The notes beneath the pieces were generated by a model. It was not told the origin of the DNA and made no database searches. It saw only the letters and a list, made by a program, of their open reading frames with translations. Position numbers and translations under genes: made by a program. DNA of 64,000 nt from an uncultured Candidatus Melainabacteria bacterium. Lineage in GTDB: Bacteria > Cyanobacteriota > Vampirovibrionia > Gastranaerophilales > Gastranaerophilaceae. Location of the stretch: positions 41,206 to 105,205 of the forward strand of contig CAKUUX010000001.1 of the NCBI GenBank assembly GCA_934693165.1, in the 5' to 3' direction. Shown piece after piece: positions 20,305 to 32,700 of this stretch; the stretch's first letter is position 1; every line of letters starts with the position of its first letter.

Positions 20305-21370
20305 TTTCTAATAATTCTCCTGCTCTGTGTTCAATGATGTAATCTTCCAACAAGTTAATATAAACAAGTTTGTACTCATCATTTTCAGGTTCAAGGTTAG
20401 AGACATATCTATATGCACTCAAAGCGTCTTCAATCTTTTCGTCCATATAATAAGTGTTTGCAAGTAATACCCTTGTGCTTGTGTCGTATTCATTTAATTC
20501 AAGAGCTTTTTCGTAAGCTTCAATAGCGTCGTGGTATCTACCAAGGTTTGAATACAAGTTACCTAGAAGAATGTAAGCATTTTTCTCTTTTGGATTGTAT
20601 TCGATAGCTTCTTTATAAGTTTCGATTGCACCATCAAAATCTTTGAAGTCAGACTTTGCAATTGCATAACAGATATAAGTTTTATAATTATCTCCTGGCA
20701 ATTTTAGTGAAATATCAAAGAATTCATCTGTTTTTTCTTTGTTTTTCAATAGAGAATATGTGTTTGCAATACAGATAGTAACGGTTTTATTATCAGGAGC
20801 AAGCTCATATACTTTTAAATAGTGGAAAAGAGCTGTTTCATAATCGTACAATTTAAAGTTAACATTACCTAAGTCAACGTTAGCTGTTAAGTTGTTTGGA
20901 TCAATAGAAAGAGCTTTTTCGTAATAAGCTTTAGCTTCTACGTAATCTTCAAAATCATGGTAAAGCATTGCGATTGCATTATAGATATCAGGTGATTTTG
21001 TGTTGAAATCTAATGCACGGTTGTAAAATCTAAGCGCTTTAGAGAAGTTTTTAAGTTCTGCATAAGCATTACCTAAATTGTAGTAAACAAGGTAATTTGT
21101 AGGATTTTTGTCCATAGCTTTGTTGTAATAAGTTAAAGCTTTTCTAAAATCCTTACTGTAGAAATAAATACTGCCCAAATTTAAAAGGGCATTGACATCA
21201 TCAGGTTTAATACTCAACAAACTTTCATAAACAGAAGCAACTTTATCAAAGTTGTTATCTAATGCATAAAGATTTGCCAAAGCGTGATAATGGTCAGGGT
21301 TTGTTGGTTCCATGGCCATTTTCATGATTGTTTCGTCAATTTGTTTTTTTATTTCGCTTGTATCTACCAT
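20297..21370 (-). CDS. TPR repeat protein.
   Basis: About nine tandem 34-aa TPR units with the A-Y-A-P pattern (ALxxYxKALxxxPxN repeated). Confidence 0.65.
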   Translation of the reverse strand: MVDTSEIKKQIDETIMKMAMEPTNPDHYHALANLYALDNNFDKVASVYESLLSIKPDDVNALLNLGSIYFYSKDFRKALTYYNKAMDKNPTNYLVYYNLGNAYAELKNFSKALRFYNRALDFNTKSPDIYNAIAMLYHDFEDYVEAKAYYEKALSIDPNNLTANVDLGNVNFKLYDYETALFHYLKVYELAPDNKTVTICIANTYSLLKNKEKTDEFFDISLKLPGDNYKTYICYAIAKSDFKDFDGAIETYKEAIEYNPKEKNAYILLGNLYSNLGRYHDAIEAYEKALELNEYDTSTRVLLANTYYMDEKIEDALSAYRYVSNLEPENDEYKLVYINLLEDYIIEHRAGELLENV

Positions 21371-21417
21371 ATCTAAATTTTACCTTATAATTTTATTTTC
21401 GCAAATTGTTTACTTGT

Positions 21418-21822
21418 TTACACATTTTCTTTGTATTCTGAATATTCTTCAGACTCTTCTTTCCATTTTTCTTCAGGAATACTGTAAGCATGATTCCAGA
21501 ATTTTTCAATCATGTAATTTTCACGTTCTTCTCTATGAAGGATATGAACAATTACATCACCGTAATCAACTAAATTCCAGCGATTTTTCATATCTCTTTC
21601 AACGCCTTTTGGAAGACGCTTGAAAAGAGTTTTAATTCTGTCTTGTAAAGTTTCTGTCATTGCTTTTACTTGAGTTGGAGAATCCCCAGATGCGATTACA
21701 AAAAAATCTGCAAGTGATGAAACCTTACTAATATCAAGAATAACAATGTTTTTAGCTAATCTATCGTCTAAAACTCTTGCTACAACAGAGGCAAATTTTT
21801 CAGTTGAAATTTCTTCTACCAT
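21418..21822 (-). CDS. rsfS: Ribosome silencing factor RsfS (Iojap family).
   Basis: NIVILDISKVSSLADFFVIASGDSPTQVKAM and DYGDVIVHIL are conserved RsfS motifs. It is stop/start adjacent with rpiB. Confidence 0.8.
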   Translation of the reverse strand: MVEEISTEKFASVVARVLDDRLAKNIVILDISKVSSLADFFVIASGDSPTQVKAMTETLQDRIKTLFKRLPKGVERDMKNRWNLVDYGDVIVHILHREERENYMIEKFWNHAYSIPEEKWKEESEEYSEYKENV

Positions 21823-22259
21823 TAGTCCTCCATCATATCAATTCTTCTTTGGTGACGGCCACCTTCGTATTCAGTTGTTAGCCAAATATCAACGATATCA
21901 AGCGCTAAGCCTGCGCCGATAACTCTTTCGCCCATGCAAAGGATGTTTGAATTATTGTGTTGACGAGTAGCTTTTGCTGAGAAAGTATCTCCACAAAGAG
22001 ATGCTCTAATACCTTTAACTTTGTTAGCAACGATTGAAACGCCAATACCTGTACCACAAATAATGATACCTTTTTCGTATTTGCCGTCAGCTACTGCGTG
22101 TGCAACTTTTTTAGCATAAATTGGATAATCAACAGAGTCTGATGTGTATGTTCCAACATCTTCTACTTCGTATCCTATTTCTTTTAGATGTTCTACAACT
22201 TTATTTTTTAAATTTAAACCACCATGGTCGCAACCAATAATAATTCTTTTTTCGCTCAT
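21822..22259 (-). CDS. rpiB: Ribose-5-phosphate isomerase B.
   Basis: RpiB/LacAB family motifs: IIIGCDHGG, IICGTGIGVSIVANKVKGIRAS, NSNILCMGERV. Confidence 0.85.
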   Translation of the reverse strand: MSEKRIIIGCDHGGLNLKNKVVEHLKEIGYEVEDVGTYTSDSVDYPIYAKKVAHAVADGKYEKGIIICGTGIGVSIVANKVKGIRASLCGDTFSAKATRQHNNSNILCMGERVIGAGLALDIVDIWLTTEYEGGRHQRRIDMMED

Positions 22260-22272
22260 TTTATTTACCTTT

Positions 22273-24222
22273 CTATTTGCATTTGCATTGATTTTTTTCT
22301 AAATCTTTTATACCTTTTTCCAAAGCGTCAACACGTTTTTCCAAAGTGTCCACTCTCTTTGATAATTGCTTATTTATTTCTATTAAAGCATGAATTCTAT
22401 CTTCTGCACGGTTCAAACGGATGATATAATCTTGAACTTTTTCTTTTAGATTTTCATACAACTTATCCAAATCTTTTATGGCATTGAACATTGTGAATAA
22501 GATGTTGTCTTGTCTAAGAACTAAATATCCGTCTTCGTTTTTTGTTACTGCATAAGGTAGAACTTTTTCTACGTCTTGCGCAATAAGACCAACTCTTTCA
22601 ACCTTTGGTTCTGTCTTGTATGTAAATTTGTACACATCAAGTTTTTTGATTTCGTTCAAACCTGTATTTGCAAATCCTTCAATATTTTTAAGTCTTTTAT
22701 CAGAAATTGTGTTGTAAGTTCCAGTGAATGTACCCCAAATTTCTGTAGAATAATTTGCACCCGTTCTTTGTCTAATATAGTTTGTGTAAGTCCAGTTTGA
22801 ATAAGCTGATGTACCTGCTGTTACTGTTGTTGTTGCGTTAACATAACTTCCTGTATGAAGATATGTGCCCACATTTGCATAAGTACCAACAGTCAAGTTT
22901 GTTGTTGTTTCTGTGTTGCCGTTAACTGTAAGTTTTGAACCTGTGTTAATTGTATTACCACTTCTTACATAAACATTACCTGCATGTAAGAAGATGTTTC
23001 CTGCTCCAGAACCAACAATTGTTTCTGCAGTGGTATTATTGAAAGTAAAACCAGCAGGTAAATTTGAATATCCAGAAGAAGTACCCAAACATGTTTTATT
23101 ACTACCAGAAACCGAACTGCAAGCTTTGTAACCAACGCCAGTATTATTAGAACCTGATTGAACTCCGTCTACTGCACCTTGACCAATACCAGTATTTGCA
23201 GTACCAGATGTTACGTTGTATCCTGCTTGGAAACCAACAAAAGAGTTATAACTACCCGTAGTATCCAAATATAGTGGTCGATACCCAACGCCAACATTGT
23301 ATGAACCTGCTCCATTTGTAATTAATGGTTCTGTGCCAATGGCTACGTTGTTATTTGCTGCTTGTTTGTTTTTAAGTGCTTGATAACCAATAGCGATATT
23401 TGATGCACCTGTAGTATTTGCAGATCCTGCATAATAACCAATAGCAATATTGTTTGCACCTGTTGTTGTTTCTGTTAAAGAAGAATTTCCTACTGCAACA
23501 TTGTTATAAGCCGTTGTATTTTTTATTAAGGCGTGGTAGCCAATCCCTACATTGTTTTCGCCAGAAGTGTTTGCAATTAATGTAGAGTTACCAAATGCAG
23601 TATTGTTAGAACCTGTAGTGTTTGCGTACAATGTACTTGAACCAATACCTATATTATCTCTACCTGAAGAAGTTGTTCTCAACGCATTTGAACCAATTGC
23701 GGTATTTGAAAAACCTGAAGTTAAAGAAGTTAAAGCTTGATGTCCGATACCAGTATTGTTGTTTCCAGTTACGCTACCAGTCATTACATTATATCCAGCA
23801 CCAAAGTTATCTGTACCAGTACTGTTTTGTACAGCATTCATTCCAAGACCCATGTTGTTATTATTTTTAAATCTAATATATCCAACAGTTGTGTTGTTAT
23901 ACATCATTCCGATTTGAGAGCGAGTATTACTGTTTGGTATATTGATATACAATCTTGCCAAACCTTGTGCATCAGGAGTTATAGAAGTTCCAAGCATTGC
24001 ACTTTGCGTTGAAGCAGGGGATGCAAACCAAATATCTGTATTGTTTCGGGCTAATTTCCAAAGTCCTCCACCACCAGAACCTGAGCCACCACCACTAGTT
24101 TTTTTGTTTGTGGTTACAGGCAAAATGGCTGCCATTACTAATGACAAGATTAAAAGTACAACTGTCATTTCTGCAATGGTGAAGGCTTTTCTATTTTTAA
24201 ATATTGAAAATAACTTATTCAT
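22273..24222 (-). CDS. Modular prepilin-like protein fused to a beta-helical repeat fibre and a C-terminal intramolecular-chaperone (peptidase S74, tail-fibre type) domain, with a terminal coiled coil.
   Basis: Class-III signal peptide (leader MNKLFSIFKNRKA, then FTIAEMTVVLLILSLVMAAIL with Glu at +5). Gly/Ser linker GGGSGSGGGG. At least 13 tandem ~17-aa repeats (NNxAxGxxAL..NTTGxxN). C-terminal ISDKRLKNIEGF...VYKFTYK...VGLIAQDVEKVLP matches the SDxRxKxNI autoproteolytic chaperone domain of endosialidase-type tail spikes. It ends in a heptad coiled coil (LEKRVDALEKGIKDLEK). Confidence 0.7.
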   Translation of the reverse strand: MNKLFSIFKNRKAFTIAEMTVVLLILSLVMAAILPVTTNKKTSGGGSGSGGGGLWKLARNNTDIWFASPASTQSAMLGTSITPDAQGLARLYINIPNSNTRSQIGMMYNNTTVGYIRFKNNNNMGLGMNAVQNSTGTDNFGAGYNVMTGSVTGNNNTGIGHQALTSLTSGFSNTAIGSNALRTTSSGRDNIGIGSSTLYANTTGSNNTAFGNSTLIANTSGENNVGIGYHALIKNTTAYNNVAVGNSSLTETTTGANNIAIGYYAGSANTTGASNIAIGYQALKNKQAANNNVAIGTEPLITNGAGSYNVGVGYRPLYLDTTGSYNSFVGFQAGYNVTSGTANTGIGQGAVDGVQSGSNNTGVGYKACSSVSGSNKTCLGTSSGYSNLPAGFTFNNTTAETIVGSGAGNIFLHAGNVYVRSGNTINTGSKLTVNGNTETTTNLTVGTYANVGTYLHTGSYVNATTTVTAGTSAYSNWTYTNYIRQRTGANYSTEIWGTFTGTYNTISDKRLKNIEGFANTGLNEIKKLDVYKFTYKTEPKVERVGLIAQDVEKVLPYAVTKNEDGYLVLRQDNILFTMFNAIKDLDKLYENLKEKVQDYIIRLNRAEDRIHALIEINKQLSKRVDTLEKRVDALEKGIKDLEKNQCKCK

Positions 24223-24605
24223 AACCTCGTTTATTATAACATATTATATAAATTTGTAGAATATTATAAAATTCACCTCTCCTCTATTTGTTATTACAAA
24301 TGTGGAGAAAGGTATAAAATAAAAAATTAATTTGTATGTTTAGGTAAAAATCTCAATAAAAATAACTTTCTAAACACCACTTGACAGTCAAACGCTGATA
24401 TATGGCTAGTTTTGGCATGTTGATTTTTGATTGTAAAATTTTGTAACAATTTTTTAGTGTAATTTTTACATGATTTCTTGACTATTTATATTATCGTAGT
24501 AACATTAAAATACATGTTCTTATAGACTATAACAGAAATGTTAAGTTTTATAAATTTTTTAGTACGTACACAATATGAATAATACAAAGAAGCGAGGTTT
24601 ATAGA

Positions 24606-27600
24606 ATGTCGACAAAATTCGCAGAACGAGTAACTCCAATGGGTATCCCTAGTACCAGATTGGACGATTTACCTGACCTTATTGAGGTGCAAAAAAAATC
24701 ATTTGAATGGTTTTTAACAGAAGGTTTAAAAGAAGAATTACTTTCTTTTTCACCAATCAAAGATTATACTGGTCGTTTAGAATTACACTTTTTACCAAAT
24801 TATACATTTGATAATGCTAAGTATTCTATCGAAGAAGCTAGAATTCACGACACTACTTATGCAAAACAATTACGTGTAATGGTTAGATTAGTTAACCGTG
24901 ATTCTGGTGAAATTAAAGAACAAGAGGTATATATCGGTGATATTCCTACTATGACTGATAAAGGTACTTTTATTGTTAACGGTGCAGAACGTGTTATTGT
25001 TTCTCAAATCGTTCGTTCACCTGGTGTTTACTTCAAGCGTGATGTTTCACCAACTGGTAAACGTTTATACAATGCAACAATCATTCCAAACAGAGGTGCT
25101 TGGATTAAGATTGAAACAGATTCTAACGATTTAATTTACGTTAAAATCGACAAAAATAGAAAAATCTTAGCTACTACATTATTGAAAGCTATGGGCTTGT
25201 CAGTAGCTGAAATGGAAGCATCTTTCACTCACTTTGAATTCTTAAAGAAAACATTGGAAAAAGATACAACTGAAACAACAGAAGATGCTTTAATTGATGT
25301 ATATAAAAAATTAAGACCTGGTGATCCTGCATCTGCTCAAGGTGGTCGTCAAATTATCGAAGCCCGTTTCTTCGATGAAAAGAAATACGATATTGGTCGT
25401 GTAGGTCGTTACAAATTAAACAAAAAATTGAACCTAAATATTCATGCTTCTCAAAGAACATTGACTATTACAGATATCGTTCAATCTATCGAATACTTAA
25501 TTAACTTAACTTATGATGAAGGTACAGTGGATGATATCGATCACTTAGGTAATAGACGTATTCGTTCAGTTGGTGAATTGTTACAAAACCAATTCAGAGT
25601 TGGTTTAAGCCGTATTGAACGTATCGTTAAAGAAAGAATGACACTTCAAGATAGTGAAACTCTTACTCCATTGAACTTATTGAACACTAAACCATTAGTT
25701 GCTTCATTAAAAGAATTCTTTGGTAGTTCTCAGTTATCACAATTCATGGACCAAATTAATCCACTTGCTGAATTGACTCACAAAAGACGTATTTCAGCAT
25801 TAGGGCCTGGTGGTTTACAAAGAGAAAGAGCTGGTTTCGCAGTTCGTGACATCCACCCTTCTCACTACGGTCGTATTTGTCCGATTGAAACACCTGAAGG
25901 ACCTAACGCAGGTTTGATTGGTTCATTAGCTACACACGCACGTGTTAATGATTATGGTTTTATTGAATCTCCATTCTTCGTTGTTAAAGACGGCGTTGTA
26001 ACAGATGAAGTAGTTTATATGACAGCAGACGAAGACGAAAACTTCCGTTGCGCTCCAGCTGACGTTAAATTAACTGAAGACAGAAGATTTAAAGAAGCAA
26101 ATGTTCCTGCTCGTTATCGTTCAGAGTTCATTATGTGTGAATCTTCAAAAGTTGACTATGTTGGTGTTTGCCCAATCCAAATTATCTCAGTTGCGACATC
26201 AATGATTCCATTCATTGAACATGATGACGCCAACCGTGCATTGATGGGTTCTAACATGCAACGTCAATCAGTACCTCTTTTAATTACTCAAAGACCAGTT
26301 GTTGGTACAGGTATGGAAAAGAGAGTTGCTAAAGACTCTGGTATGGTAATCGTTTGCGATTGTGACGGTACTGTTGAAAGAGTTGTAGGTGAAGAAATTA
26401 TCGTTAGAGATATGGATAACAAACCTCACCTATATCAATTAATGAAATATGTAAGAAGTAACCAAGATACTTGTATCAACCAGAAACCTATTGTAAGAGA
26501 AGGTGACAAGGTTCACGTAGGTGATGTACTTGCTGATGGTGCTTCAACATGTGGTGGTGAACTTTCATTAGGTAAAAATGTTCTTGTAGCATATATGCCT
26601 TGGGAAGGATATAACTTCGAAGATGCTATCCTTCTTTCAGAAAGATGCGTACATGATGATATCTTTACTTCAGTTCACATTGAAAAATTAGAAATAGACG
26701 CAAGACAAACAAAACTTGGACCAGAAGAAATTACTCGTGAAATTCCAAATGTTTCTGAAGATGCTTTAAGACACTTGGATGAACGTGGTATTGTTCGTAT
26801 CGGTGCAAGAGTTTATGCAGATGATATTCTTGTAGGTAAAGTTACACCAAAAGGTGAATCTGAACACCCACCAGAAGAAAAATTGTTAAGAGCAATCTTC
26901 GCTGAAAAAGCAAGAGATGTAAAAGATAACTCATTAAGAGTTCCACACGGTGAAGGTGGTAGAGTTCTTGATGTTAAAGTATTTGACAGAGAAAAAGGTG
27001 ATGAATTACCACCAGGTGCAAATACAGTTATCAGAGTTTACATTGCTCAAAAACGTAAGGTATCTGTAGGTGATAAACTTTCAGGTCGTCACGGTAACAA
27101 AGGTATCGTATCAAGAATTCTTCCAAAAGAAGATATGCCATTCTTACCAGACGGTACACCAATTGATGTTGTATTGAACCCACTAGGTGTTCCTTCACGT
27201 ATGAACGTAGGTCAAACTTACGAACACTTATTAGGTTTAGCAGCATACTTAACAGGTAACTACTACGAAGCTCCATCTTTCGATGAAAGATATGGCGAAA
27301 ACCAATCAGAAATTGCAACTAAAGCTGAATTACTAAAAGGTATTAAAGAATCAGGTTGCGATTGGGTTGGCGAAGACGGTAAAGTTCGTTTAATTGACGG
27401 TAGAACTGGTGAACCATTTGATGAACCAGTTGCAGTTGGTTTAACTTACATCTTGAAACTTGTCCACTTAGTTGACGATAAAATTCACGCTCGTTCAACT
27501 GGTCCTTACTCATTAGTAACACAACAACCTTTAGGTGGTAAGGCTCAATTCGGTGGTCAAAGATTTGGTGAAATGGAAGTTTGGGCTCTTGAAGCATACG

Positions 27601-27917
27601 GCGCAGCTTATACTCTTCAAGAAATGCTTACAATCAAATCAGATGATGTTAACGGACGTAACAGAGCTTACGAATCAATCGTTAAAGGTGATAACATTCC
27701 AAGACCTGGTATTCCAGAATCATTCAAAGTACTTGTAAGAGAATTACAAAGTATCGGTTTGGATATCACAGTTGCTAAGAAAGACGGTGTTGAAGTTGAC
27801 TTAATGAGCGATATGGACGACTTAAGAAAAGCTGCTCCAAAACGTACATTATCAGATATTGACTCAGAGTTGTTAAATATCAACTTCTTTGAAACACCAA
27901 CAACATTTGGTGACTAG
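24606..27917 (+). CDS. rpoB: DNA-directed RNA polymerase beta subunit.
   Basis: 1103 aa with universally conserved RpoB blocks ([37 protein letters not shown]; NMQRQSVPL; [14 protein letters not shown]). SD is GAGGT. Confidence 0.97.
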   Translation: MSTKFAERVTPMGIPSTRLDDLPDLIEVQKKSFEWFLTEGLKEELLSFSPIKDYTGRLELHFLPNYTFDNAKYSIEEARIHDTTYAKQLRVMVRLVNRDSGEIKEQEVYIGDIPTMTDKGTFIVNGAERVIVSQIVRSPGVYFKRDVSPTGKRLYNATIIPNRGAWIKIETDSNDLIYVKIDKNRKILATTLLKAMGLSVAEMEASFTHFEFLKKTLEKDTTETTEDALIDVYKKLRPGDPASAQGGRQIIEARFFDEKKYDIGRVGRYKLNKKLNLNIHASQRTLTITDIVQSIEYLINLTYDEGTVDDIDHLGNRRIRSVGELLQNQFRVGLSRIERIVKERMTLQDSETLTPLNLLNTKPLVASLKEFFGSSQLSQFMDQINPLAELTHKRRISALGPGGLQRERAGFAVRDIHPSHYGRICPIETPEGPNAGLIGSLATHARVNDYGFIESPFFVVKDGVVTDEVVYMTADEDENFRCAPADVKLTEDRRFKEANVPARYRSEFIMCESSKVDYVGVCPIQIISVATSMIPFIEHDDANRALMGSNMQRQSVPLLITQRPVVGTGMEKRVAKDSGMVIVCDCDGTVERVVGEEIIVRDMDNKPHLYQLMKYVRSNQDTCINQKPIVREGDKVHVGDVLADGASTCGGELSLGKNVLVAYMPWEGYNFEDAILLSERCVHDDIFTSVHIEKLEIDARQTKLGPEEITREIPNVSEDALRHLDERGIVRIGARVYADDILVGKVTPKGESEHPPEEKLLRAIFAEKARDVKDNSLRVPHGEGGRVLDVKVFDREKGDELPPGANTVIRVYIAQKRKVSVGDKLSGRHGNKGIVSRILPKEDMPFLPDGTPIDVVLNPLGVPSRMNVGQTYEHLLGLAAYLTGNYYEAPSFDERYGENQSEIATKAELLKGIKESGCDWVGEDGKVRLIDGRTGEPFDEPVAVGLTYILKLVHLVDDKIHARSTGPYSLVTQQPLGGKAQFGGQRFGEMEVWALEAYGAAYTLQEMLTIKSDDVNGRNRAYESIVKGDNIPRPGIPESFKVLVRELQSIGLDITVAKKDGVEVDLMSDMDDLRKAAPKRTLSDIDSELLNINFFETPTTFGD

Positions 27918-27987
27918 TAAATAATTATAGCGAAATGTGGAAGATTTCTTTCACATTTCGCCAAAGTATATAAAGGAGAAATAATAA

Positions 27988-29697
27988 ATGTCAACAAGTA
28001 TTGATTACTTTGATTATATACAGATTAGTATCGCCTCACCTGAAAGAATTTTAAAATGGTCTTACGGTGAAGTTACTAAACCTGAAACAATCAACTACCG
28101 TACTTTAAAACCAGAAAGAGATGGTCTTTTCTGCGAAAGAATTTTTGGACCTACAAAAGACTGGGAATGTTATTGCGGAAAATATAAAAGAGTTCGTCAT
28201 AAAGGTATCATTTGCGAACGTTGTGGTGTAGAAGTTACTGACTCAAAAGTACGTCGTCACAGAATGGGACACATTAAATTAGCTGCCCCTGTTTCACATA
28301 TTTGGTTCCTAAAAGGTATTCCATCATATATGGGTCTTTTACTTGATATGTCTTTAAAAGATTTAGAACAAGTAATTTACTTCAACAATTACGTTGTAAT
28401 TGATGGTGGAGATAGCGAATTTAGAAAATATCAACTTTTATCTGAAGATGAATACGAAGATTACGTATTAGAACACGAAGAAACAACTCTTAAAGTTGGT
28501 ATCGGTGCAGAGGCTATTAAAGAATTAATCGGTGAAATCGATATTAAAGCTCTTGCAGAAGAAATTAGAACAGAATTAAACAATGGTGTAACTTCTGTTC
28601 AAAAGAAATCAAAATTAATTAAGAGATTGAGATTATTAGATTCATTAATCTCAAGCGAAACAGATCCAACTTGGATGATTATGGATGTAATTCCTGTAAC
28701 TCCACCAGACTTAAGACCAATGGTTCAATTAGATGGTGGTCGTTTCGCTACATCTGACTTAAATGATTTATACAGACGTGTAATCAACAGAAACAACCGT
28801 TTACAAAGATTATTAGAAATGGGCGCTCCTGAAATTATCGTAAGAAACGAAAAACGTATGTTACAAGAAGCAGTAGACGCTTTAATTGATAACGGTAGAC
28901 GTGGTAGAACAGTTGTTGGTCCAAACAACAGACCATTGAAATCATTATCAAACATTATCGAAGGTAAACAAGGTCGTTTCCGTCAAAACTTATTAGGTAA
29001 ACGTGTTGACTACTCAGGTCGTTCAGTTATCGTAGTAGGTCCATCATTGAAATTAAATCAATGTGGTTTACCAAAAGAAATGGCAATTGAATTATTTAAA
29101 CCATTTGTTGTAAACAAATTAATCGAACGTGGTTATGTTCAAAATATTAAATCAGCTAAGAAGAGAATTGAACGTTCAGAACCTATCGTATGGGATATCT
29201 TAGAAGAGGTAATCGATGGACACCCAGTATTACTAAACCGTGCCCCAACTCTTCACAGATTAGGTATTCAAGCATTCGAACCAAAATTGGTTGAAGGACG
29301 TGCAATCCAATTACACCCTCTTGTATGTACAGCATTCAACGCTGACTTCGATGGTGACCAAATGGCTGTCCATGTTCCTTTATCAATTGAAGCTCAAACT
29401 GAAGCAAGAATGTTGATGTTAGCATCTAATAACATCTTAGCTCCTGCTACAGGTAAACCAATCATTACACCATCTCAAGATATGGTTATGGGCATGTACT
29501 ACTTGACTCTTGTTAAAGATGAAAGTAAGGAAGCTCAACACTATTTCTATAACTTCCAAGATGCAATTTCTGCTCTTGAAGTAGGTGTAATCAAGCTTCA
29601 CGATAAAATCATTGTTCGTGATGAACATGGTAAACGTTTTGAAACTACAGCTGGAAGAATTATATTCAACGAAGCTGTTAGAAAGGCACTTGTATAG
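27988..29697 (+). CDS. rpoC1: DNA-directed RNA polymerase gamma subunit, the N-terminal half of beta-prime (cyanobacterial-type split).
   Basis: Contains the zinc finger ([20 protein letters not shown]) and the catalytic NADFDGDQM motif, then terminates after about 569 aa. SD is AAAGGAGA. Confidence 0.95.
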   Translation: MSTSIDYFDYIQISIASPERILKWSYGEVTKPETINYRTLKPERDGLFCERIFGPTKDWECYCGKYKRVRHKGIICERCGVEVTDSKVRRHRMGHIKLAAPVSHIWFLKGIPSYMGLLLDMSLKDLEQVIYFNNYVVIDGGDSEFRKYQLLSEDEYEDYVLEHEETTLKVGIGAEAIKELIGEIDIKALAEEIRTELNNGVTSVQKKSKLIKRLRLLDSLISSETDPTWMIMDVIPVTPPDLRPMVQLDGGRFATSDLNDLYRRVINRNNRLQRLLEMGAPEIIVRNEKRMLQEAVDALIDNGRRGRTVVGPNNRPLKSLSNIIEGKQGRFRQNLLGKRVDYSGRSVIVVGPSLKLNQCGLPKEMAIELFKPFVVNKLIERGYVQNIKSAKKRIERSEPIVWDILEEVIDGHPVLLNRAPTLHRLGIQAFEPKLVEGRAIQLHPLVCTAFNADFDGDQMAVHVPLSIEAQTEARMLMLASNNILAPATGKPIITPSQDMVMGMYYLTLVKDESKEAQHYFYNFQDAISALEVGVIKLHDKIIVRDEHGKRFETTAGRIIFNEAVRKALV

Positions 29698-29721
29698 AAA
29701 GTTAGTTAAGGATAATAAAAA

Positions 29722-32700
29722 ATGGAAAATATGTACACACAAACAAAAAATGCTCCAGAATTTATTAATAAACAGATGGATAAAAAAGCTTTAAACAAGC
29801 TATTATCTCAAATTTATCTTGAATACGGCGGAGCTAAAGCAGCAGAACTTGCTAATACATTAAAAAATTTGGGTTACCATTACGCAACTAAATCAGGCGT
29901 AACAATTTCAATTTCTGACTTGTCAGTTCCAGAATCTAAAAAAGATTTATTGAACGAAGCAGAAGCAGAAATTGAAAAATCTACAACTCGTTATTTAAAA
30001 GGTGAAATTACAGAAGTAGAAAGATATACAAAGGTTATCGACACTTGGTCTGAAACAACAGCTAAATTAACAGCTCAAGTAGTTGAAAACTTTGATAGAT
30101 TGAACCCAGTTTATATGATGGCATTCTCAGGTGCCAGAGGTAACTTATCACAAGTATCACAATTAGTTGGTATGCGTGGATTGATGGCAGATGCGCAAGG
30201 TCAAATCATCGACTTACCTATTAAAGCAAACTTTAAAGAAGGTCTATCTTGTACAGAATACATCATTTCATCATACGGTGCTCGTAAAGGTCTTGTAGAT
30301 ACAGCGTTAAAAACAGCTGACTCTGGTTACTTAACAAGACGTCTAGTTGACGTTGCACAAGATGTTATCATTCGTGATGCTGATTGCCATGGCACAAAAC
30401 ATATCATGTTAAAGAGTATTACTGATGGTGGTTCTGTTATCGTTCCTTTAATCGATAGATTATTAGGTAGAACAATTGCACAAGACATTGTTGATGAAGA
30501 TGGTACAGTTCTTGTAACAGCAAACACAACAATGGGCCGTGAAGATATTGAAAAAATTCGTCACTTAAACTTAGAAGAACTTGCAGTTCGTTCAGGTTTA
30601 ACTTGTGAATTAGAATATGGTGTTTGCCAAAAATGTTATGGTTGGGCAATGACAACTCAAAAACTTGTTGATGTTGGTGAAGCAATCGGTATTATCGCAG
30701 CTCAATCAATTGGTGAACCTGGTACACAGTTAACAATGAGAACATTCCACACAGGTGGTGTATTCAAAGGTTCTGGTGCTATGAAAACTGTTGAAGCTAA
30801 AGATTCTGGTAAAATCTCTTGCAAATTAAAAACTAGAGAAGTAAGAACTCGTCACGGGGATGTTGTAAAACTTTCTATGTACGAAGTTGAAGCCGAAATC
30901 AAAGGTGCTAAGAGAACAACTAAATACCACATTCCTGCTGGTGCAACAATCTTCTTTACAGATGGTCAAGAAGTTGAAAAGGGATTCAAACTTGCTGAAT
31001 ACGAACCAGTATCACAAGGGGATGGTTCTCGTTTAACAGAAAAAGCTACAAAAGATATTACATCTGACTTATCAGGTGAAGTTATTTTCAAAGACTTTAT
31101 TGCTGATGAAAAGAAAGATAGACAAGGTAACATTTCAAGAACAGCTAACAAACAAGGTATTGTTTGGGTTCTTGGTGGTGATGTTTATAACTTACCAAGT
31201 GGTTCAAAACTTTTAGTTAAAGACGGTCAAAAAATGAAAGAGGGCGAAAAGCTTGCTGAAACATTGACTGTTTGTGAACACGGTGGTGAAGTTCGTATTG
31301 GTCAAGACCTTGTTATTGAAGAAACAAAATTTGAAGGTCATAAAATCAAGAAGATTGTTCAAGGTAAAGAATTAACAATCGTTATTGCATCATTAATGCC
31401 ATCAAATGCTACATTTGAACAAACTAAGAAAGAACAACTTTGGACAGTTGAAGCAACTGGTGAAAAATATATTGTTAAATCTCCAGTTGATACTCCAGTT
31501 GAAAATGGTATGATTATTGCCGAATTAATCAATGGTGACTGCTCAGTTGAATCTTCTGGTGAAATCAAATATATCGACGTTGAAGTTGATGAAAATCAAA
31601 TAATTACAAAATCAGGTGATGTTGTATTTATTCCTGAAGAAGTTCACCAATTAAGCAAAGATTCTGCTTTAAAAATGGTTGAATCAGGAAGTTATGTAAC
31701 AGCTGGTACAGAAATCGTTAAAGACGTATATTGTCACTTAGACGGTATCGTTGAAATTAAAGAATACAATGATGTAATTCACGAAGCTGTAATCAGACCT
31801 GGTCAAATTCATACATTATCAAGTGTTTCTGAATTAAAAGTTGAAGAAAACGAAGTTATCAAAAAAGGAACAGTTATTGCAGACGGTATTAAAGCAAAAG
31901 AAACTTCTATCGTTACAGTAATGGATTCTGAAGATGATTTCGCTGATATCGATGATTTAGATGAAGAACTTGATACATCATTGAGTTTGGATGAAGAAAA
32001 CATTACAGACAAACCAATTCAAATTTTGGTAAGACCTGTAAAAGTTATCAAAATTAAACCTCAAGAAGTTTCAATTAAATTTGACAAAACTGATGATTTA
32101 ATTGACATCGTTCCTGTAACACAATTACAATATAAAGACGGTGCTAGAGTTAGAAATCTTGACGGTGCTACATTAACAAGAACAAGTTTAGTTCTTCAAA
32201 TGCAAGGTTACTTATCACACTTAAAAGGTATGGTAGAACTTGATAAGAACAATAACTTGAAGATTGTTGTATTAGAAACATTAATTGTTCGTCGTGAAAT
32301 TGAAGGTAATTCTAAATTGAATTCTTCAATGCAAACTGAATTGTTAGTTAACCACGGTGACGTTATTGAACCAAAAACTCCAGTTGCAAAAACACAAGTA
32401 CTAGTAATCAATGATGGTGTTGCTTCAATTAAGAAAGCTGAAGAAGACGCAAGAAGATTATTATTAGTTTGTGAAAACTTTGAATCAAAAGTTGCAATTA
32501 AAACAAAACCTCTTGTAAAAGCTGGAGATATGGTTAAATTAGACGATTTACTATCAGAAGGTGGCGACAGATCACCAGTTTCTGGTCAAGTAGTTTCTGT
32601 ATCAAAATCAGAAGTAGTCGTAAGAGAAGGTAGACCATACTTAATCAGCCCAGGTACTCAGTTACTAGTTGAAGAAAATTCATTAGTACTACGTGGTGAT

